Part shown: piece by piece, positions 1 through 10,106 of the stretch
Position numbering within the stretch: position 1 is the stretch's first letter
How the letters are laid out: every line of letters starts with the position of its first letter
Source: a bacterium
GTDB taxonomy: Bacteria; Armatimonadota; Chthonomonadetes; Chthonomonadales; JAMCWF01
Direction of reading: 5' to 3'
NCBI GenBank assembly: GCA_021842405.1
Contig: JAKBZR010000007.1
Span: forward strand, 1-59,431
DNA length: 59,431 nucleotides
Position numbers and translations under genes: made by a program
The notes under the pieces: generated by a model
What the model was told of the DNA's origin: nothing
What the model saw: the letters and a program-made list of their open reading frames with translations, nothing else
Database searches by the model: none

Positions 1-2156
1 CCGAGAATGAACAAACCGCCTCGATTACACACCTCGTCCGCCTCGCGGCGATGCTCTTCCGGATCGAGCGTAGTCACACTTTGCAAAACGGTGGACTGCT
101 TCCCGCCCCGCCGGTACGAGAGGATCGCCGCTGCTTCTTCGCTGTCTTCTGCACTCGGCGCAATCGCTACGGCGGTATCATCGGTTTTAGGCTTACCACC
201 CAACAATATATCAACACCGCGGCCCGCCATATTGGTTGCGATGGTCACCGCTCCTTTTCGGCCTGCCTCCGAGATAATAATCGCTTCCTTCTCGTGGTAC
301 TTTGCATTCAATACATTGTGCGGTATGCCATGCCGCAATGCCTCGTCCAAATTCGCAAGGGTCTCTTCATTTTCCGGCAGCTCCAGCATGGTTAAGATCA
401 TCCGTTTATTTTCATCCGAGAGTGGATCGGCTGAAGCCTCAAGCTGCTTTGCCATTGCCATTAACCGGGACATCGAAAGCTGGTCCAGATTGGAGTTGAG
501 CATTGCGATAAATTGATTTCGCTGATTTTTATCCAGCGTTTTGGAATCTTCGATTTTCTGCCTCAGGATTGAAACAAGTGCCAGCAGTTGCAGTCGGTCG
601 GCCGCGATACGGCTGCTGACCAGTTCCGACATCTCGATGGATCGAGTACCCACTAAAACCGGCTGCTGCTTGGTGTAGAGCCGCAATATCTCGGCTGCAA
701 TTCCTCGATATTTGTGCTCGGAGGTCTTATAAACCACATCGGGCTGATCCCGGCGGATCATGGGGCGGTTAGTCGGTACGACCACTACATCCAGCCCGTA
801 AATTCGTCGGAACTCATCCTCCTCCGTCTTTGCCGTACCGGTCATACCAGACAGTTTTCGGTAGAGCCGGAACAGGTTCTGGAAGGTGATGGTGGCCAGC
901 GTCTGACTTTCATGCTTGATCGCCACGTTTTCTTTGGCCTCAATCGCCTCATGCAGGCCATCCGAATAGCGCCGCCCGAACATCAGCCGCCCGGTAAACT
1001 CATCCACGATGACGATCTCACCGTCTTTCACCACATAATCAATGTCCTTCTTAAAAAGGGCGTATGCCTTCATCGCGGCGGTCACATGGTGCATAATCTC
1101 CGCATCTTCAGAGAGATTTTTAACACCAAGCGCTCTTTCCAAGCGCTGAATGCCGGCATCGGTAGGCGCCACCGTCTTTTGCTTTTCATCAACGATATAA
1201 TCTATATTGGGGTTGTAACGATCGGCATCCGGATTATCTTTGTCAGTTACTAGGTCTTTTCCCGCTCGGAGCTGTGCCACAACTCGATTGACCGTGTAGT
1301 ACTTATCGGTCGGCTGGTCCACCATCCCGGATATGATAAGCGGCGTTCTGGCTTCATCAATGAGGATGCTGTCCACTTCGTCTACGATGGCAAAATTCAA
1401 CTCTCTTTGCACGAGTTCACTGGCGCTGAAGGACATATTATCCCGCAGGTAATCGAACCCGAATTCGTTGTTCGTGCCATAGGTGACATCGCATTCGTAA
1501 GCTTCCCGGCGGGTACAGGGCCGGCAGAAGAGATACCGCTCGTCCGCATCGGTGTAGGTCGGGTCGAAGAGATAGGAGCCTCCCATGTCGCCCGTTTCCG
1601 GACTTTGCCCCTGTATAATGCCGACGCTGAGTCCGAGTAAGTGATAGATAGGCCCCATCCAGACCGCACCCACTTTGGAGAGGTAATCGTTTGCGGTGAC
1701 GAGGTGCGCCCCACGGCAGGCCAGCGCATTGAGGTAAAGAGGCAAGGTGGCCATCAACGTTTTACCTTCACCGGTCTTTAACTCGGCCACTCGGCCATCA
1801 TGACAAACCATGCCACCGACCAGTTGCACGTCGTAGTGCCGCTGACCGAGCGTTCGCTTGGCGGCTTCTCGTACTATCGCGAAAGCCTCCACCAGATGCT
1901 TCGATAAAATCTCATCGAGGATTTTCCGTTCGGCCTCTCTCCGAACATGAGCCTCCTGCGATTCATCGAGCCGCTCAAGCGCCGCATCAAACGCGGCCTT
2001 AACTTCCTCCTTCAGCTCGGATGTTCGTTGGCGCAAATCATGGTTGGACATCTTTTCGATTTTCGGCTCCAGCGCATTGATTTTCTGGACGACCGTCATG
2101 TACCGATTGATGTCTCGCTCGTTACTGTAAAAGAGGCCTTTAAGTGATCCAACCAT
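1..2156 (-). CDS. secA: Preprotein translocase ATPase SecA (C-terminus lies beyond the window edge)
   Basis: Absent from the ORF track because it has no stop in the window. Manual translation from ATG at 2156 gives [19 protein letters not shown]..., [65 protein letters not shown] and ATNMAGRG. Confidence 0.97.
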   Translation of the reverse strand, partial: MVGSLKGLFYSNERDINRYMTVVQKINALEPKIEKMSNHDLRQRTSELKEEVKAAFDAALERLDESQEAHVRREAERKILDEILSKHLVEAFAIVREAAKRTLGQRHYDVQLVGGMVCHDGRVAELKTGEGKTLMATLPLYLNALACRGAHLVTANDYLSKVGAVWMGPIYHLLGLSVGIIQGQSPETGDMGGSYLFDPTYTDADERYLFCRPCTRREAYECDVTYGTNNEFGFDYLRDNMSFSASELVQRELNFAIVDEVDSILIDEARTPLIISGMVDQPTDKYYTVNRVVAQLRAGKDLVTDKDNPDADRYNPNIDYIVDEKQKTVAPTDAGIQRLERALGVKNLSEDAEIMHHVTAAMKAYALFKKDIDYVVKDGEIVIVDEFTGRLMFGRRYSDGLHEAIEAKENVAIKHESQTLATITFQNLFRLYRKLSGMTGTAKTEEDEFRRIYGLDVVVVPTNRPMIRRDQPDVVYKTSEHKYRGIAAEILRLYTKQQPVLVGTRSIEMSELVSSRIAADRLQLLALVSILRQKIEDSKTLDKNQRNQFIAMLNSNLDQLSMSRLMAMAKQLEASADPLSDENKRMILTMLELPENEETLANLDEALRHGIPHNVLNAKYHEKEAIIISEAGRKGAVTIATNMAGRGVDILLGGKPKTDDTAVAIAPSAEDSEEAAAILSYRRGGKQSTVLQSVTTLDPEEHRREADEVCNRGGLFIL

Positions 2157-2180
2157 TTCGTACCTGCATTTCCGGTTGCA

Positions 2181-2220
2181 AAACTAAGCCGCCGCAACTC
2201 CTACCTGTAGTGCGGCGGCT
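2181..2220 (-). terminator. Hairpin/terminator-like structure between the phosphoesterase gene and secA
   Basis: 10-bp inverted repeat AGCCGCCGCA...TGCGGCGGCT, followed on the minus strand by TAGTTTT. Confidence 0.5.
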
Positions 2221-2300
2221 ATATTTACTCATAGCAATGAGTATACCAGCGTGACGATGAAGCTGTCAAACTGTGTTGCGAAGCGCGCTTCGCCTATCGC

Positions 2301-3698
2301 TCAGGGTCGCGTCGTCGTCATGTTGTTGAAATTCAACTTGGTGGCAGCAGTGATAATATCCGGCTTCAACGGTTTCTGATGGAAATTGAAGCAAGACAGC
2401 ATGTCGTTGGAATCCCGATCGCGCGCGGTTAAAGACGCCAGGCCAAATCTCACCTCGATTAATTTGAGGGGCGAAGTGAGATCAAAGCGCGTATTACAGA
2501 TATAGCCGGGCTTCGCATAGGGTGAAATGACGAGGGTCGGCACCCTGGGTCCGAAGCCGTAAAGGTCTACCTGCGGCGGCGGCACGTGATCATAAAAGCC
2601 ACCGTAATCGTCCCAAGTCAGGATGATCGCGCTGTCCTTCCAGTATGGGCTCTCCATAATCGCATTGATCAAGTGGGTGACATGCCACATCCCCTGCACC
2701 GAATCGGCCGGTGGATGCTCGCTATCCTCGAAGCTCGGAACGATCCAACAGACCTCCGGCAACTGGTGATTGCGGATATCGGTGTAATACTGGCCGAGCG
2801 TCACCAAGTGCGACATCAGCTTCGGGTTGTCTTCGAAGCTGACAAATCCGGCCAGCGGATTCCAGAGGGTGTGCGCTTTCGGGTTGAGCTGGTCATAGTA
2901 TTTCCAGGAGACATGCGAATTTTGGAGCAGTTCCGCCATCGTAGGGAATGAGTAGACGCCGTATTTGCCGGCGATATCCGGCGGCGGATTGTTGACCATC
3001 CCACCGGATTGAGCGGCGACGGTGTAGAGATGGTTCGGCTCGCTTGGGCCCATCAGTGAGGAGAAGAAGTTGTCGCAGAGCGTGAATCGCCGGGCATAAT
3101 CCCAGTAGTTGGGGATTTGATGCCAATCATAGTAAGAGAGCGTATTGATCACCCAGCTTGGCGGCGGGCCGGTCGGCGGCGCTCCTCGTCGCGCTCGAAA
3201 CCCCTGGCCGGCGCGGATGGCCGCGCGCATCGCCCTCATCGGCCGGCGCAGCGGCCGGCGGGAATTTTGAGAATTCAGTGCACTGGATTGAGATGGGTGA
3301 ACCAACTTTGGATTCGGCTGCGGGACCGGCTGATTCCAGTAATGCCGCAGCGCCAGCGGCCACTCCGCCCACAAAAAGCCGTCCATTTTACCGTTGTCCC
3401 ATGCGGTATGGGCGGCCTGCCAGCTATGATTTAAGTCGCGGGGCAGAGCAGTGGCTTTCAAATGAAATGGAGCCAGCTCGGGCGGACCGCCTGGATAATA
3501 GGGCAGCTTCACTCCGGGCGGGATCCCGTTGGCGCCGGGATAGGTGCCGAAATAGTGGTCGAAGGAGATGTTCTCCTGGATGATGTAAATGAAGTGGCGA
3601 ATGGGCATCGGCCTGGGAGGAGCAGCGGAAGCGGCAAAAACGGTGCCGATACCGAATGTGACGGATAAAGCTACGCTTACAAGGTTGCGGATGGACAT
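2301..3698 (-). CDS. Secreted phosphoesterase (phospholipase C/acid phosphatase family)
   Basis: Motifs [43 protein letters not shown] and GPRVP. The ATG at 3698 follows an AAGGAGA RBS and begins a signal peptide. Confidence 0.9.
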   Translation of the reverse strand: MSIRNLVSVALSVTFGIGTVFAASAAPPRPMPIRHFIYIIQENISFDHYFGTYPGANGIPPGVKLPYYPGGPPELAPFHLKATALPRDLNHSWQAAHTAWDNGKMDGFLWAEWPLALRHYWNQPVPQPNPKLVHPSQSSALNSQNSRRPLRRPMRAMRAAIRAGQGFRARRGAPPTGPPPSWVINTLSYYDWHQIPNYWDYARRFTLCDNFFSSLMGPSEPNHLYTVAAQSGGMVNNPPPDIAGKYGVYSFPTMAELLQNSHVSWKYYDQLNPKAHTLWNPLAGFVSFEDNPKLMSHLVTLGQYYTDIRNHQLPEVCWIVPSFEDSEHPPADSVQGMWHVTHLINAIMESPYWKDSAIILTWDDYGGFYDHVPPPQVDLYGFGPRVPTLVISPYAKPGYICNTRFDLTSPLKLIEVRFGLASLTARDRDSNDMLSCFNFHQKPLKPDIITAATKLNFNNMTTTRP

Positions 3699-3891
3699 GG
3701 GTGTCTCCTTTCCTCTTGCGTCAGCGCACCATATAGTGCGACCGACGCATTCTCTCGCTTTCCAGTCAAATCGTAAAACCGACGGCCGGCCAGGCACCTA
3801 TTCGAGATAAGCCTTCTGCTGGCGAACGGCCGATATTCATTACATTATATAGCGCTTTTAAGGATAGGCGCTCCTACAATCTATAGGGCAA

Positions 3892-4028
3892 CAGTTTAGT
3901 TTTGTGGGAATGATTTTCGTACGACCAACGCCGCTAAACTCCTTCCCCCTCCTAGGGGGAAGGGCGGGATGGGGGTTAAGCAAAACCGCCCTCCAACATC
4001 TGCCTAAATTACCCAGAGAACTGAATTC
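3892..4028. repeat. Family A TIR repeat element, copy A1
   Basis: Ends AGTTTAGTTTTGTGGGAATGATTTTCG ... AAATTACCCAGAGAACTGAATTC. Its interior resembles the reverse complement of the 51769 copy. Confidence 0.8.
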
Positions 4029-4032
4029 ATTC

Positions 4033-4773
4033 CTACCGACAGATCGAAGAAAAATCCCGATCAATTCCCCGCTCCAACCAGTTTACGTCTTGATAACGCT
4101 CGCTCGTGAGATGCTCCGCCGCCCGCGCTTCGATTTCGGTGAGGCCTTCCCATTTCAGAGATTTTACACTCCATCGCTCAAAACGCTCCCTCAGCGCCGC
4201 CTTCAACTTATCAACCCGGTTTGGATCGCACTGTATCGAGCACTGGAAGAGGATGACATTTGCGCCTCGATGGATTGCCCCACCCGCCAACTTTCGGCCC
4301 GTTATATCGGCAATATCGGCCGCGCCGAGCCAATCGAAGCAGTTCGCGCCTACGGATGGGATTTCAATATGCTTGGATTGAGCGTTATGAATTGCATATC
4401 CCACATCACCAAGCGCGGCAACAATCGGCTGTTTGAGCAGTGCGTAGGTCTTATGGATGGCGGCTGATTTTTGGGGCAGATCATCGAAGGAGCAGATAAC
4501 GGCTAAGGTTAAATCCTCATCATGGGCAACCGCCCGCCCGCCGGTGATCCGCCGCACCATCGGAGCCTCTCTCCAGCGATCACGCCGCATATCGAGCTTC
4601 GCGCGCTCGTAATTTTGAAAACGGCCGATCGTGATGCTTGGCACCTCCCAAGCATAGAGACGAAGGATTGGGGCGGCGGGTTCAGATTGGAACCGGAGGT
4701 AGAGGGCTTCGTCCAGCGCCATATTATAGGCCGCGCAGGAAGGCGGCGATTCAATTATCCGCCAGTGCTCCAC
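4033..4773 (-). CDS. Lipoate-protein ligase A / octanoyltransferase (LplA/LipM-like)
   Basis: Motifs NMALDEAL, LRLYAW, GRFQ, VRRITGGRAVAH and GRKLAG. It is the last gene of the gcv operon. Confidence 0.88.
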   Translation of the reverse strand: MEHWRIIESPPSCAAYNMALDEALYLRFQSEPAAPILRLYAWEVPSITIGRFQNYERAKLDMRRDRWREAPMVRRITGGRAVAHDEDLTLAVICSFDDLPQKSAAIHKTYALLKQPIVAALGDVGYAIHNAQSKHIEIPSVGANCFDWLGAADIADITGRKLAGGAIHRGANVILFQCSIQCDPNRVDKLKAALRERFERWSVKSLKWEGLTEIEARAAEHLTSERYQDVNWLERGIDRDFSSICR

Positions 4774-6224
4774 CGCACATCCAGTTTTTTGACCGCCGCC
4801 GTCTCATTGAGGCGCGATACCGGAGTGTGATGGGGAGCGGTTCGAAGCAGCTCCGGATCGTCTTCCGCCTCACGCGAAATCTGGATTAGCGCCTCACAAA
4901 AGGTATCCAGCGTCTGCTTGCTTTCCGTCTCGGTCGGTTCGATCATCAGTGCTTCCGGCACCGTGAGTGGGAAGTAGTTTGTCGGCGGGTGAAAACCGTA
5001 ATCAATGAGTCGCTTGCTAACATCCAACGCCTTTACTCCATGACGGCGCAGACCGCCTGCGCTCACCACAACCTCGTGCATGCAGGTTTGCGGAAAAGCG
5101 GCCGGAAATGACTCCGCTATTTTCGCTCGGATGTAGTTGGCGTTCAGCACCGCATTTTCAGCAACCTCACGAAGTCCATCCGCGCCCAAGCCGGCAATGT
5201 AGGCATAGGCGCGCACCGCCACCAAAAATGCCCCATAAAAGGAGTGAATCCGCCCGATGGTGTGGGGGCGATCTTCTTCAAGTGAATAGTGCCGCCCGTC
5301 TTTGTGGATGATGACCGGCACCGGCAGGAATGGCTCCAGGCAGCGCTGCACCGCAATGACGCCGCCCCCGGGTCCGCCGCCGCCGTGCGGGGTGGAAAAT
5401 GTCTTGTGAAGATTGAAGTGCATCACGTCAAACCCCATATCGCCGGGGCGCGCTATTCCCAGTAAGGCATTCATATTGGCACCATCGCAGTAGACCAGCG
5501 CGCCGCGTTGGTGGGCGAGCTCGCAGATTTCAGCGATGCGCGTCTCGAAAAGGCCGAGTGTGCTGGGATTGGTCAGCATCAGAGCCGCCGTCTGCGTGCT
5601 CAGCGCCGCCTTCAATCCGCTCAGGTCAATATTCCCATTGGAGCCGGTCTTAATGGTTTGGACGGTAAATCCGCAGCGCGCGGCGCTGGCCGGATTGGTG
5701 CCGTGCGCCGAATCCGGGATGAGCACCACCTCCCTTCCCTCTTCACCACGATGACGGTAATAGGCCTGTATCATCATCAGTGAAAGCAGCTCGGCATGGG
5801 CTCCGGCCGCTGGTTGCAGGGTGGCCGTCGCCATTCCGGCAATCTCGGCCAGCATGGCCTGCAGCTCGTACATGATCTGCAAGGCGCCCTGAACCGTCTC
5901 CTCCGGCTGAAGCGGGTGAATCCGGGAGTAACCGGGCATTGCGGCGATGCGATCGTTTACCTTTGGGTTGTACTTCATCGTGCAGGAGCCTAAGGGATAA
6001 AAGCCGGAGTCAATCGAATAGTTATGATGTGAGAGGCTCGTGTAATGGCGAACTACGTCCAGCTCCGAAAGCTCCGGCATTGGAAGCTCGCGGCGCAAAT
6101 TCTCGGCCCCCAGCATATCGCCGAGCGAATGGGCCGGCACATCCAGTGTCGCGGTGCGAACCCCTCGACGGCCGGGAACCGATCCCTCGATCAGCAACGG
6201 ATTTTGATGGGTATAGCGGCTCAT
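4755..6224 (-). CDS. gcvPB: Glycine dehydrogenase (decarboxylating) subunit 2
   Basis: Motifs YPLGSCTMKYNPK, QPAAGAHAE, SAHGTNPAS, HFNLHKTFSTPHGGGGPG and MIEPTETES. ATGA overlap with the gcvPA stop. Confidence 0.96.
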   Translation of the reverse strand: MSRYTHQNPLLIEGSVPGRRGVRTATLDVPAHSLGDMLGAENLRRELPMPELSELDVVRHYTSLSHHNYSIDSGFYPLGSCTMKYNPKVNDRIAAMPGYSRIHPLQPEETVQGALQIMYELQAMLAEIAGMATATLQPAAGAHAELLSLMMIQAYYRHRGEEGREVVLIPDSAHGTNPASAARCGFTVQTIKTGSNGNIDLSGLKAALSTQTAALMLTNPSTLGLFETRIAEICELAHQRGALVYCDGANMNALLGIARPGDMGFDVMHFNLHKTFSTPHGGGGPGGGVIAVQRCLEPFLPVPVIIHKDGRHYSLEEDRPHTIGRIHSFYGAFLVAVRAYAYIAGLGADGLREVAENAVLNANYIRAKIAESFPAAFPQTCMHEVVVSAGGLRRHGVKALDVSKRLIDYGFHPPTNYFPLTVPEALMIEPTETESKQTLDTFCEALIQISREAEDDPELLRTAPHHTPVSRLNETAAVKKLDVRWSTGG

Positions 6225-7567
6225 GATGCGATGCACTCCTTCATAGCTTGAACGAAGCGGTCCAGATCGTCTCGGCTTTTGGTCTCGGTCACGCAAACCA
6301 ACATACTATCCGGCAATTGTGGATAGCGCCGACGCAGGTTGTAGCCGCCGATAATGCCTTGTTGGAGCAACCGCTGGTTTAGCTCGTCACCGTCAATCGG
6401 CAAGGTGACCGCGAACTCACAAAAGAATTTGGACTGAAAGAGCGGCTTCAGTCCTAATTCGTTCTCCAAATGCTGCTGCAAATAGTGCGCTTTTTGAACG
6501 CAGATTTCAGCCGTCTCCCGCAGCCCCTCTTTGCCCAGAGCGACCAGGTAGATGCTGGCCATCAGCGCCATCAGCGCTTCGTTGGTGCAGATGTTGGAGG
6601 TCGCCTTTTCACGCCTTATGTCCTGCTCACGAGTGCGCAAGGTCATCACATATCCTCGGCGACCTTCCGAATCGGTGGTTGCCCCCACGATCCGACCCGG
6701 TAATCGCCTGGCGTAATCGCGTTTGCAAGCAAAAATGCCCAGCAACGGCCCCCCAAACCCGGTCGGCAAGCCCAAACTCTGCCCTTCGCCGGTCACGATG
6801 TCAATCTCCATCTCACCGGGTGGCTTCAGCAAAGCGAGAGTAAACGGGTCTACCGAGATGATCGAGAGGGCGCCGCACCGGACAGCGGCATTGGAATAGT
6901 TGGAGACATCTTCAAGGCATCCAAAAAAGTTGGGCTGCTGGCCGATGATGCAGGCTGGAGGCCCTTTTAATAAATCTTCAAATGAGGCAGCATCGGTAAT
7001 GCCGCGCCGTGCAGGCAGAAGAATCATCTCATCGCCGGCCGACCGGAGATAGGTGTTAAGAACTTGCCGGTAATGCGGATGCACCGCTTCCGAGACCGCC
7101 ACTCTTGTGCGCCCGGTCACCTCAACGGCCATCAGGGCGGCCTCCGCCAGTGCGGTGGCGCCGTCATACATAGAGGCGTTGGCCATATCCATTCCAGTCA
7201 GGTCGCAGATGAGCGATTGAAACTCATACATCGCCTGGAGCATCCCCTGGCTGACCTCCGGCTGGTAAGGCGTATAGGAGGTGGCGAATTCCCCGCGGCT
7301 GGCCAATGCGCTCACTATGGCCGGGCAATAGTGGTCGTATATTCCAGCGCCGATAAAGGATAGATTACGATCGAGGTGGACATTCGCATCCGCAATGCGC
7401 TGGAGATGTCGGACCAGGTTTTGCTCATCGAGGGCGGGAGAGAGATCGAGCGGGCGATTCAATCGTATCGAGGCGGGAATGGGATCCCAGAGATCTTCCA
7501 GTGAGCGAATCCCGATCGTATCCAGCATGGCCGCTTGTTCGGGAATCGTGTTTGCGATGAAGCTCAA
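6221..7567 (-). CDS. gcvPA: Glycine dehydrogenase (decarboxylating) subunit 1
   Basis: Motifs YTPYQPEVSQG, NASMYDGATA and REQDIRREKATSNICTNE. Probable TTG start overlaps the gcvH stop. Confidence 0.96.
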   Translation of the reverse strand: MSFIANTIPEQAAMLDTIGIRSLEDLWDPIPASIRLNRPLDLSPALDEQNLVRHLQRIADANVHLDRNLSFIGAGIYDHYCPAIVSALASRGEFATSYTPYQPEVSQGMLQAMYEFQSLICDLTGMDMANASMYDGATALAEAALMAVEVTGRTRVAVSEAVHPHYRQVLNTYLRSAGDEMILLPARRGITDAASFEDLLKGPPACIIGQQPNFFGCLEDVSNYSNAAVRCGALSIISVDPFTLALLKPPGEMEIDIVTGEGQSLGLPTGFGGPLLGIFACKRDYARRLPGRIVGATTDSEGRRGYVMTLRTREQDIRREKATSNICTNEALMALMASIYLVALGKEGLRETAEICVQKAHYLQQHLENELGLKPLFQSKFFCEFAVTLPIDGDELNQRLLQQGIIGGYNLRRRYPQLPDSMLVCVTETKSRDDLDRFVQAMKECIAS

Positions 7568-7953
7568 TGGCTCGCTTCCTCCACGATCTGACGATAGGCA
7601 TCGGCATCGAGCAGGCCGTCCAATTCGGAGGGGTCGCTCATTCGTATCAGGATGATCCAACCTTCATCGTAAGCCGATTCGTTCACTCGCTCGGTATGAT
7701 TCAGAATATCGGTATTCGTCTCCACCACCTCCCCGCTAACCGGCGCATAGAGGTCGGAGACTGCCTTCACCGATTCCACCGCGCCGAATACGTCACCCTT
7801 ACTCAGAATTCGGCCAACCTCCGGCAAATCCAAATAGACGACGTCGCCCAGCTCCTCCTGGGCGTGATCGCTGATGCCGACCCGCACTTTGTCGCCCTCT
7901 ACCTTTGCCCACTCATGGGTCACCGAATATTTTCGATCGTCCGGAATCAACAT
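7564..7953 (-). CDS. gcvH: Glycine cleavage system H protein
   Basis: Motifs THEWA, GISDHAQEELGDVVY and VESVKAVSDLYAPVSG (lipoyl-Lys). GAGGAGG RBS. Confidence 0.97.
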   Translation of the reverse strand: MLIPDDRKYSVTHEWAKVEGDKVRVGISDHAQEELGDVVYLDLPEVGRILSKGDVFGAVESVKAVSDLYAPVSGEVVETNTDILNHTERVNESAYDEGWIILIRMSDPSELDGLLDADAYRQIVEEASH

Positions 7954-7983
7954 TCCCACTCCTCCTCAAGATAGTTATATTAA

Positions 7984-8171
7984 TCTGAATCAGGATTTTC
8001 TTGATTAAAGGATGGCCGGGATTGTACCCACCGCGACAATTTATCGCTTTAATCATGTACACAACGCCGTTAATGTATGCGCATGTTTTGTCGTACAGAG
8101 CGTAAGCATGCGCACATATTTATGACGCTCAGTACATGGCAATCCTTTAATCCTAAAAATCGTGGTTCAGA
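7984..8171. repeat. Family C palindromic element between gcvT and gcvH
   Basis: 34-bp imperfect terminal IR (TCTGAATCAGGATTTTCTTGATTAAAGGATGGCC / GGCAATCCTTTAATCCTAAAAATCGTGGTTCAGA) enclosing a second long hairpin. Confidence 0.75.
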
Positions 8172-9255
8172 CCGGCCGTGTGCCGAGATGCGAGAGCAGA
8201 CTCTTTTTAGGAACTACATGAACCGTATAGTTGCGGCCACGCACCCTAAAGAATAGGGGCGAGCCGCTCCGGGCATACGCCGGCGAAACGTAGGCCATCC
8301 CGATCCCACGTTCAAGCACCGGTGAATAGACCCCGCTCGTTACGGAGCCGACCACCGATTCATCATTAAAAAGAGTATACCCTTGCCTCGGAACTACCCG
8401 TTCGGCGTGCCAGATGCCGACCAGCAGTCGGCCCGGCCCCTCTTGTTGCGTGCGCCGAATCGCCTCCTGGCCGATAAAGCGATCGCTGCTCATATCAACC
8501 ACCCACATCAGGCGGGCTTCCACCGGGCTGATATCCTCGTCCAACTCGTGTCCATACAGCGGATAACCGGCCTCGATCCTCAAAGCGTCACGCGCGCCCA
8601 ACCCGCAAGGCAGCGCTCCGGCCTGGATAAAGGCAGACCACAGCTCGGCGGCGTACTCCCGTTTTACGACCACCTCAAAGCCGTCTTCACCCGTGTAACC
8701 GGTTCGGCAAATTCGAGCGGGTGAGCCCAATACGCCTCCGGTCGCCCAGCCGAATCGAGGGAGATCCGCAATCTCCATATCGGTGTGCGGTGCCAGCAGC
8801 GATACGGCAGCCGGTCCTTGAACGGCCACCATCGCGGTCCGATCGGTATGGTCATCAAAAGAGACGCTGGAATCCGCATGTTGGTGAAACCAGGCGATGT
8901 CCTTATCCGTGTTTGAGGCGTTCAACACCAAAAAGAAGGAATCGGGTGCATCACGATAGATAATGATGTCGTCCTTAATACCACCCTCCGGGTTCGGAAT
9001 CAACGAGTAACGTGCCCGCCCGACACTTAAATCGGCAAGCCGATTGGTGGTGGTACTCTGGAGAAGTGAAAGTGCACCCGATCCTGAAATTTGCAGCCTT
9101 CCCATATGTGAAATATCGAATATGCCGGCCGCTTTTCGAACGGCTAGCGACTCTTCCAGTATTCCGGAGTAGCTCACCGGCAGCGACCAACCCGCAAAAT
9201 CAACCATCCGAGCATTCAGTTGGAGGTGATTCTGATTCAAGGGACTGATTTTCAT
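8167..9255 (-). CDS. gcvT: Glycine cleavage system aminomethyltransferase T
   Basis: Motifs MVDFAGW, FDISHMG, RTGYTGEDGFE and GLGARDALRIEAGYPLYGHE. Confidence 0.97.
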   Translation of the reverse strand: MKISPLNQNHLQLNARMVDFAGWSLPVSYSGILEESLAVRKAAGIFDISHMGRLQISGSGALSLLQSTTTNRLADLSVGRARYSLIPNPEGGIKDDIIIYRDAPDSFFLVLNASNTDKDIAWFHQHADSSVSFDDHTDRTAMVAVQGPAAVSLLAPHTDMEIADLPRFGWATGGVLGSPARICRTGYTGEDGFEVVVKREYAAELWSAFIQAGALPCGLGARDALRIEAGYPLYGHELDEDISPVEARLMWVVDMSSDRFIGQEAIRRTQQEGPGRLLVGIWHAERVVPRQGYTLFNDESVVGSVTSGVYSPVLERGIGMAYVSPAYARSGSPLFFRVRGRNYTVHVVPKKSLLSHLGTRPV

Positions 9256-10106
9256 GGATGACCTCCCTTTTGAACCGGCACTCGCACCGACCCGGAAACT
9301 TTAACCTTCTGGTGCTCCAACGTGATCGTCTTCGGTTGAAAGAGCTCGCCCAGTCCAAAGACACTTTGCAGATTGAGGGCCGGGATCATGATGGTCTCCA
9401 TCTTTTGAATGAGCAGAGGACCCGCTTTTTGGCCGCCGACCATCAACTGCAGATTCTCGACCGCCAGCCCTCCATCCGGGTCTACATTCAGGTTAAATCG
9501 GGCCTGAAACGGCTCCGCTATTAGCCACAACGAGGCATTTCCAGTAATTTGGAGGTAGTTCGGCGTCACCTCCACTCGAACTCCCTTCAAGGCGGATACC
9601 TCCCGTTTTAGGATCGCCTGCAACCCCGCCCGGCCGATTACCAATTCGGCTTGGCCGGTCTTTGCCGACATCAGGCGGATGTGGCCGTCAAACAAGGCTT
9701 GATTTAAATCGAGGTGGACGAACGGCACGTTCGCTTTGAGCCTTTTGACCGGGATACCGGCTAAATTAAAGTTGTCCAGGTTAATGTTGAGCTGGCGGGC
9801 AGTTCCGCTGAGTGCGTGCCCCGGTGCCAGGTCCAGTGGAATATCGTTGATGCGATTACCTGAGCCGGTGATTTTGATCGCGTAGGCCTGGCCGATCAGA
9901 GCGCCGAAAAATCCGCGCGGGGCGACATCCACCTGTAACTGGCCGCCGTGAATGAATTGCCGCAACCGGTGCGTGGCAACCCCCTCTAATCGGGATTCCA
10001 TCGCGCCGGATACGATGACCAGACTGAAAAACGCGATGGCTGCATCTTTCCAATCCAATGGAATATCGGACTTTCTATCTAGCGCTTTTTCCCCCGATGA
10101 AATCAA
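9252..10106 (-). CDS. Membrane-anchored DUF2993/LmeA-like protein
   Basis: N-terminal hydrophobic segment followed by a beta-rich pattern typical of DUF2993. Overlaps both neighbours by 4 bp. Confidence 0.55.
   Translation of the reverse strand: MISSGEKALDRKSDIPLDWKDAAIAFFSLVIVSGAMESRLEGVATHRLRQFIHGGQLQVDVAPRGFFGALIGQAYAIKITGSGNRINDIPLDLAPGHALSGTARQLNINLDNFNLAGIPVKRLKANVPFVHLDLNQALFDGHIRLMSAKTGQAELVIGRAGLQAILKREVSALKGVRVEVTPNYLQITGNASLWLIAEPFQARFNLNVDPDGGLAVENLQLMVGGQKAGPLLIQKMETIMIPALNLQSVFGLGELFQPKTITLEHQKVKVSGSVRVPVQKGGHP

Noticed and set aside
330-614. Possible intein in SecA
   Set aside because: Too short, with no recognisable splicing blocks and no terminal HN/HQ-C/S/T.
7-2147. Plus-strand ORFs of 65-179 aa at the left edge
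   Set aside because: They are antisense shadows of secA on the minus strand. The same applies to most short overlapping ORFs in the track, e.g. 41736-42734 opposite hemL and 37218-37973 opposite the lactonase.
7960-8166. Glycine riboswitch in or upstream of the gcv genes
   Set aside because: The GGAGA/CCGAAG/CTCTCAGG aptamer motifs were not found on the minus strand. The segment is better explained as a nested palindrome.
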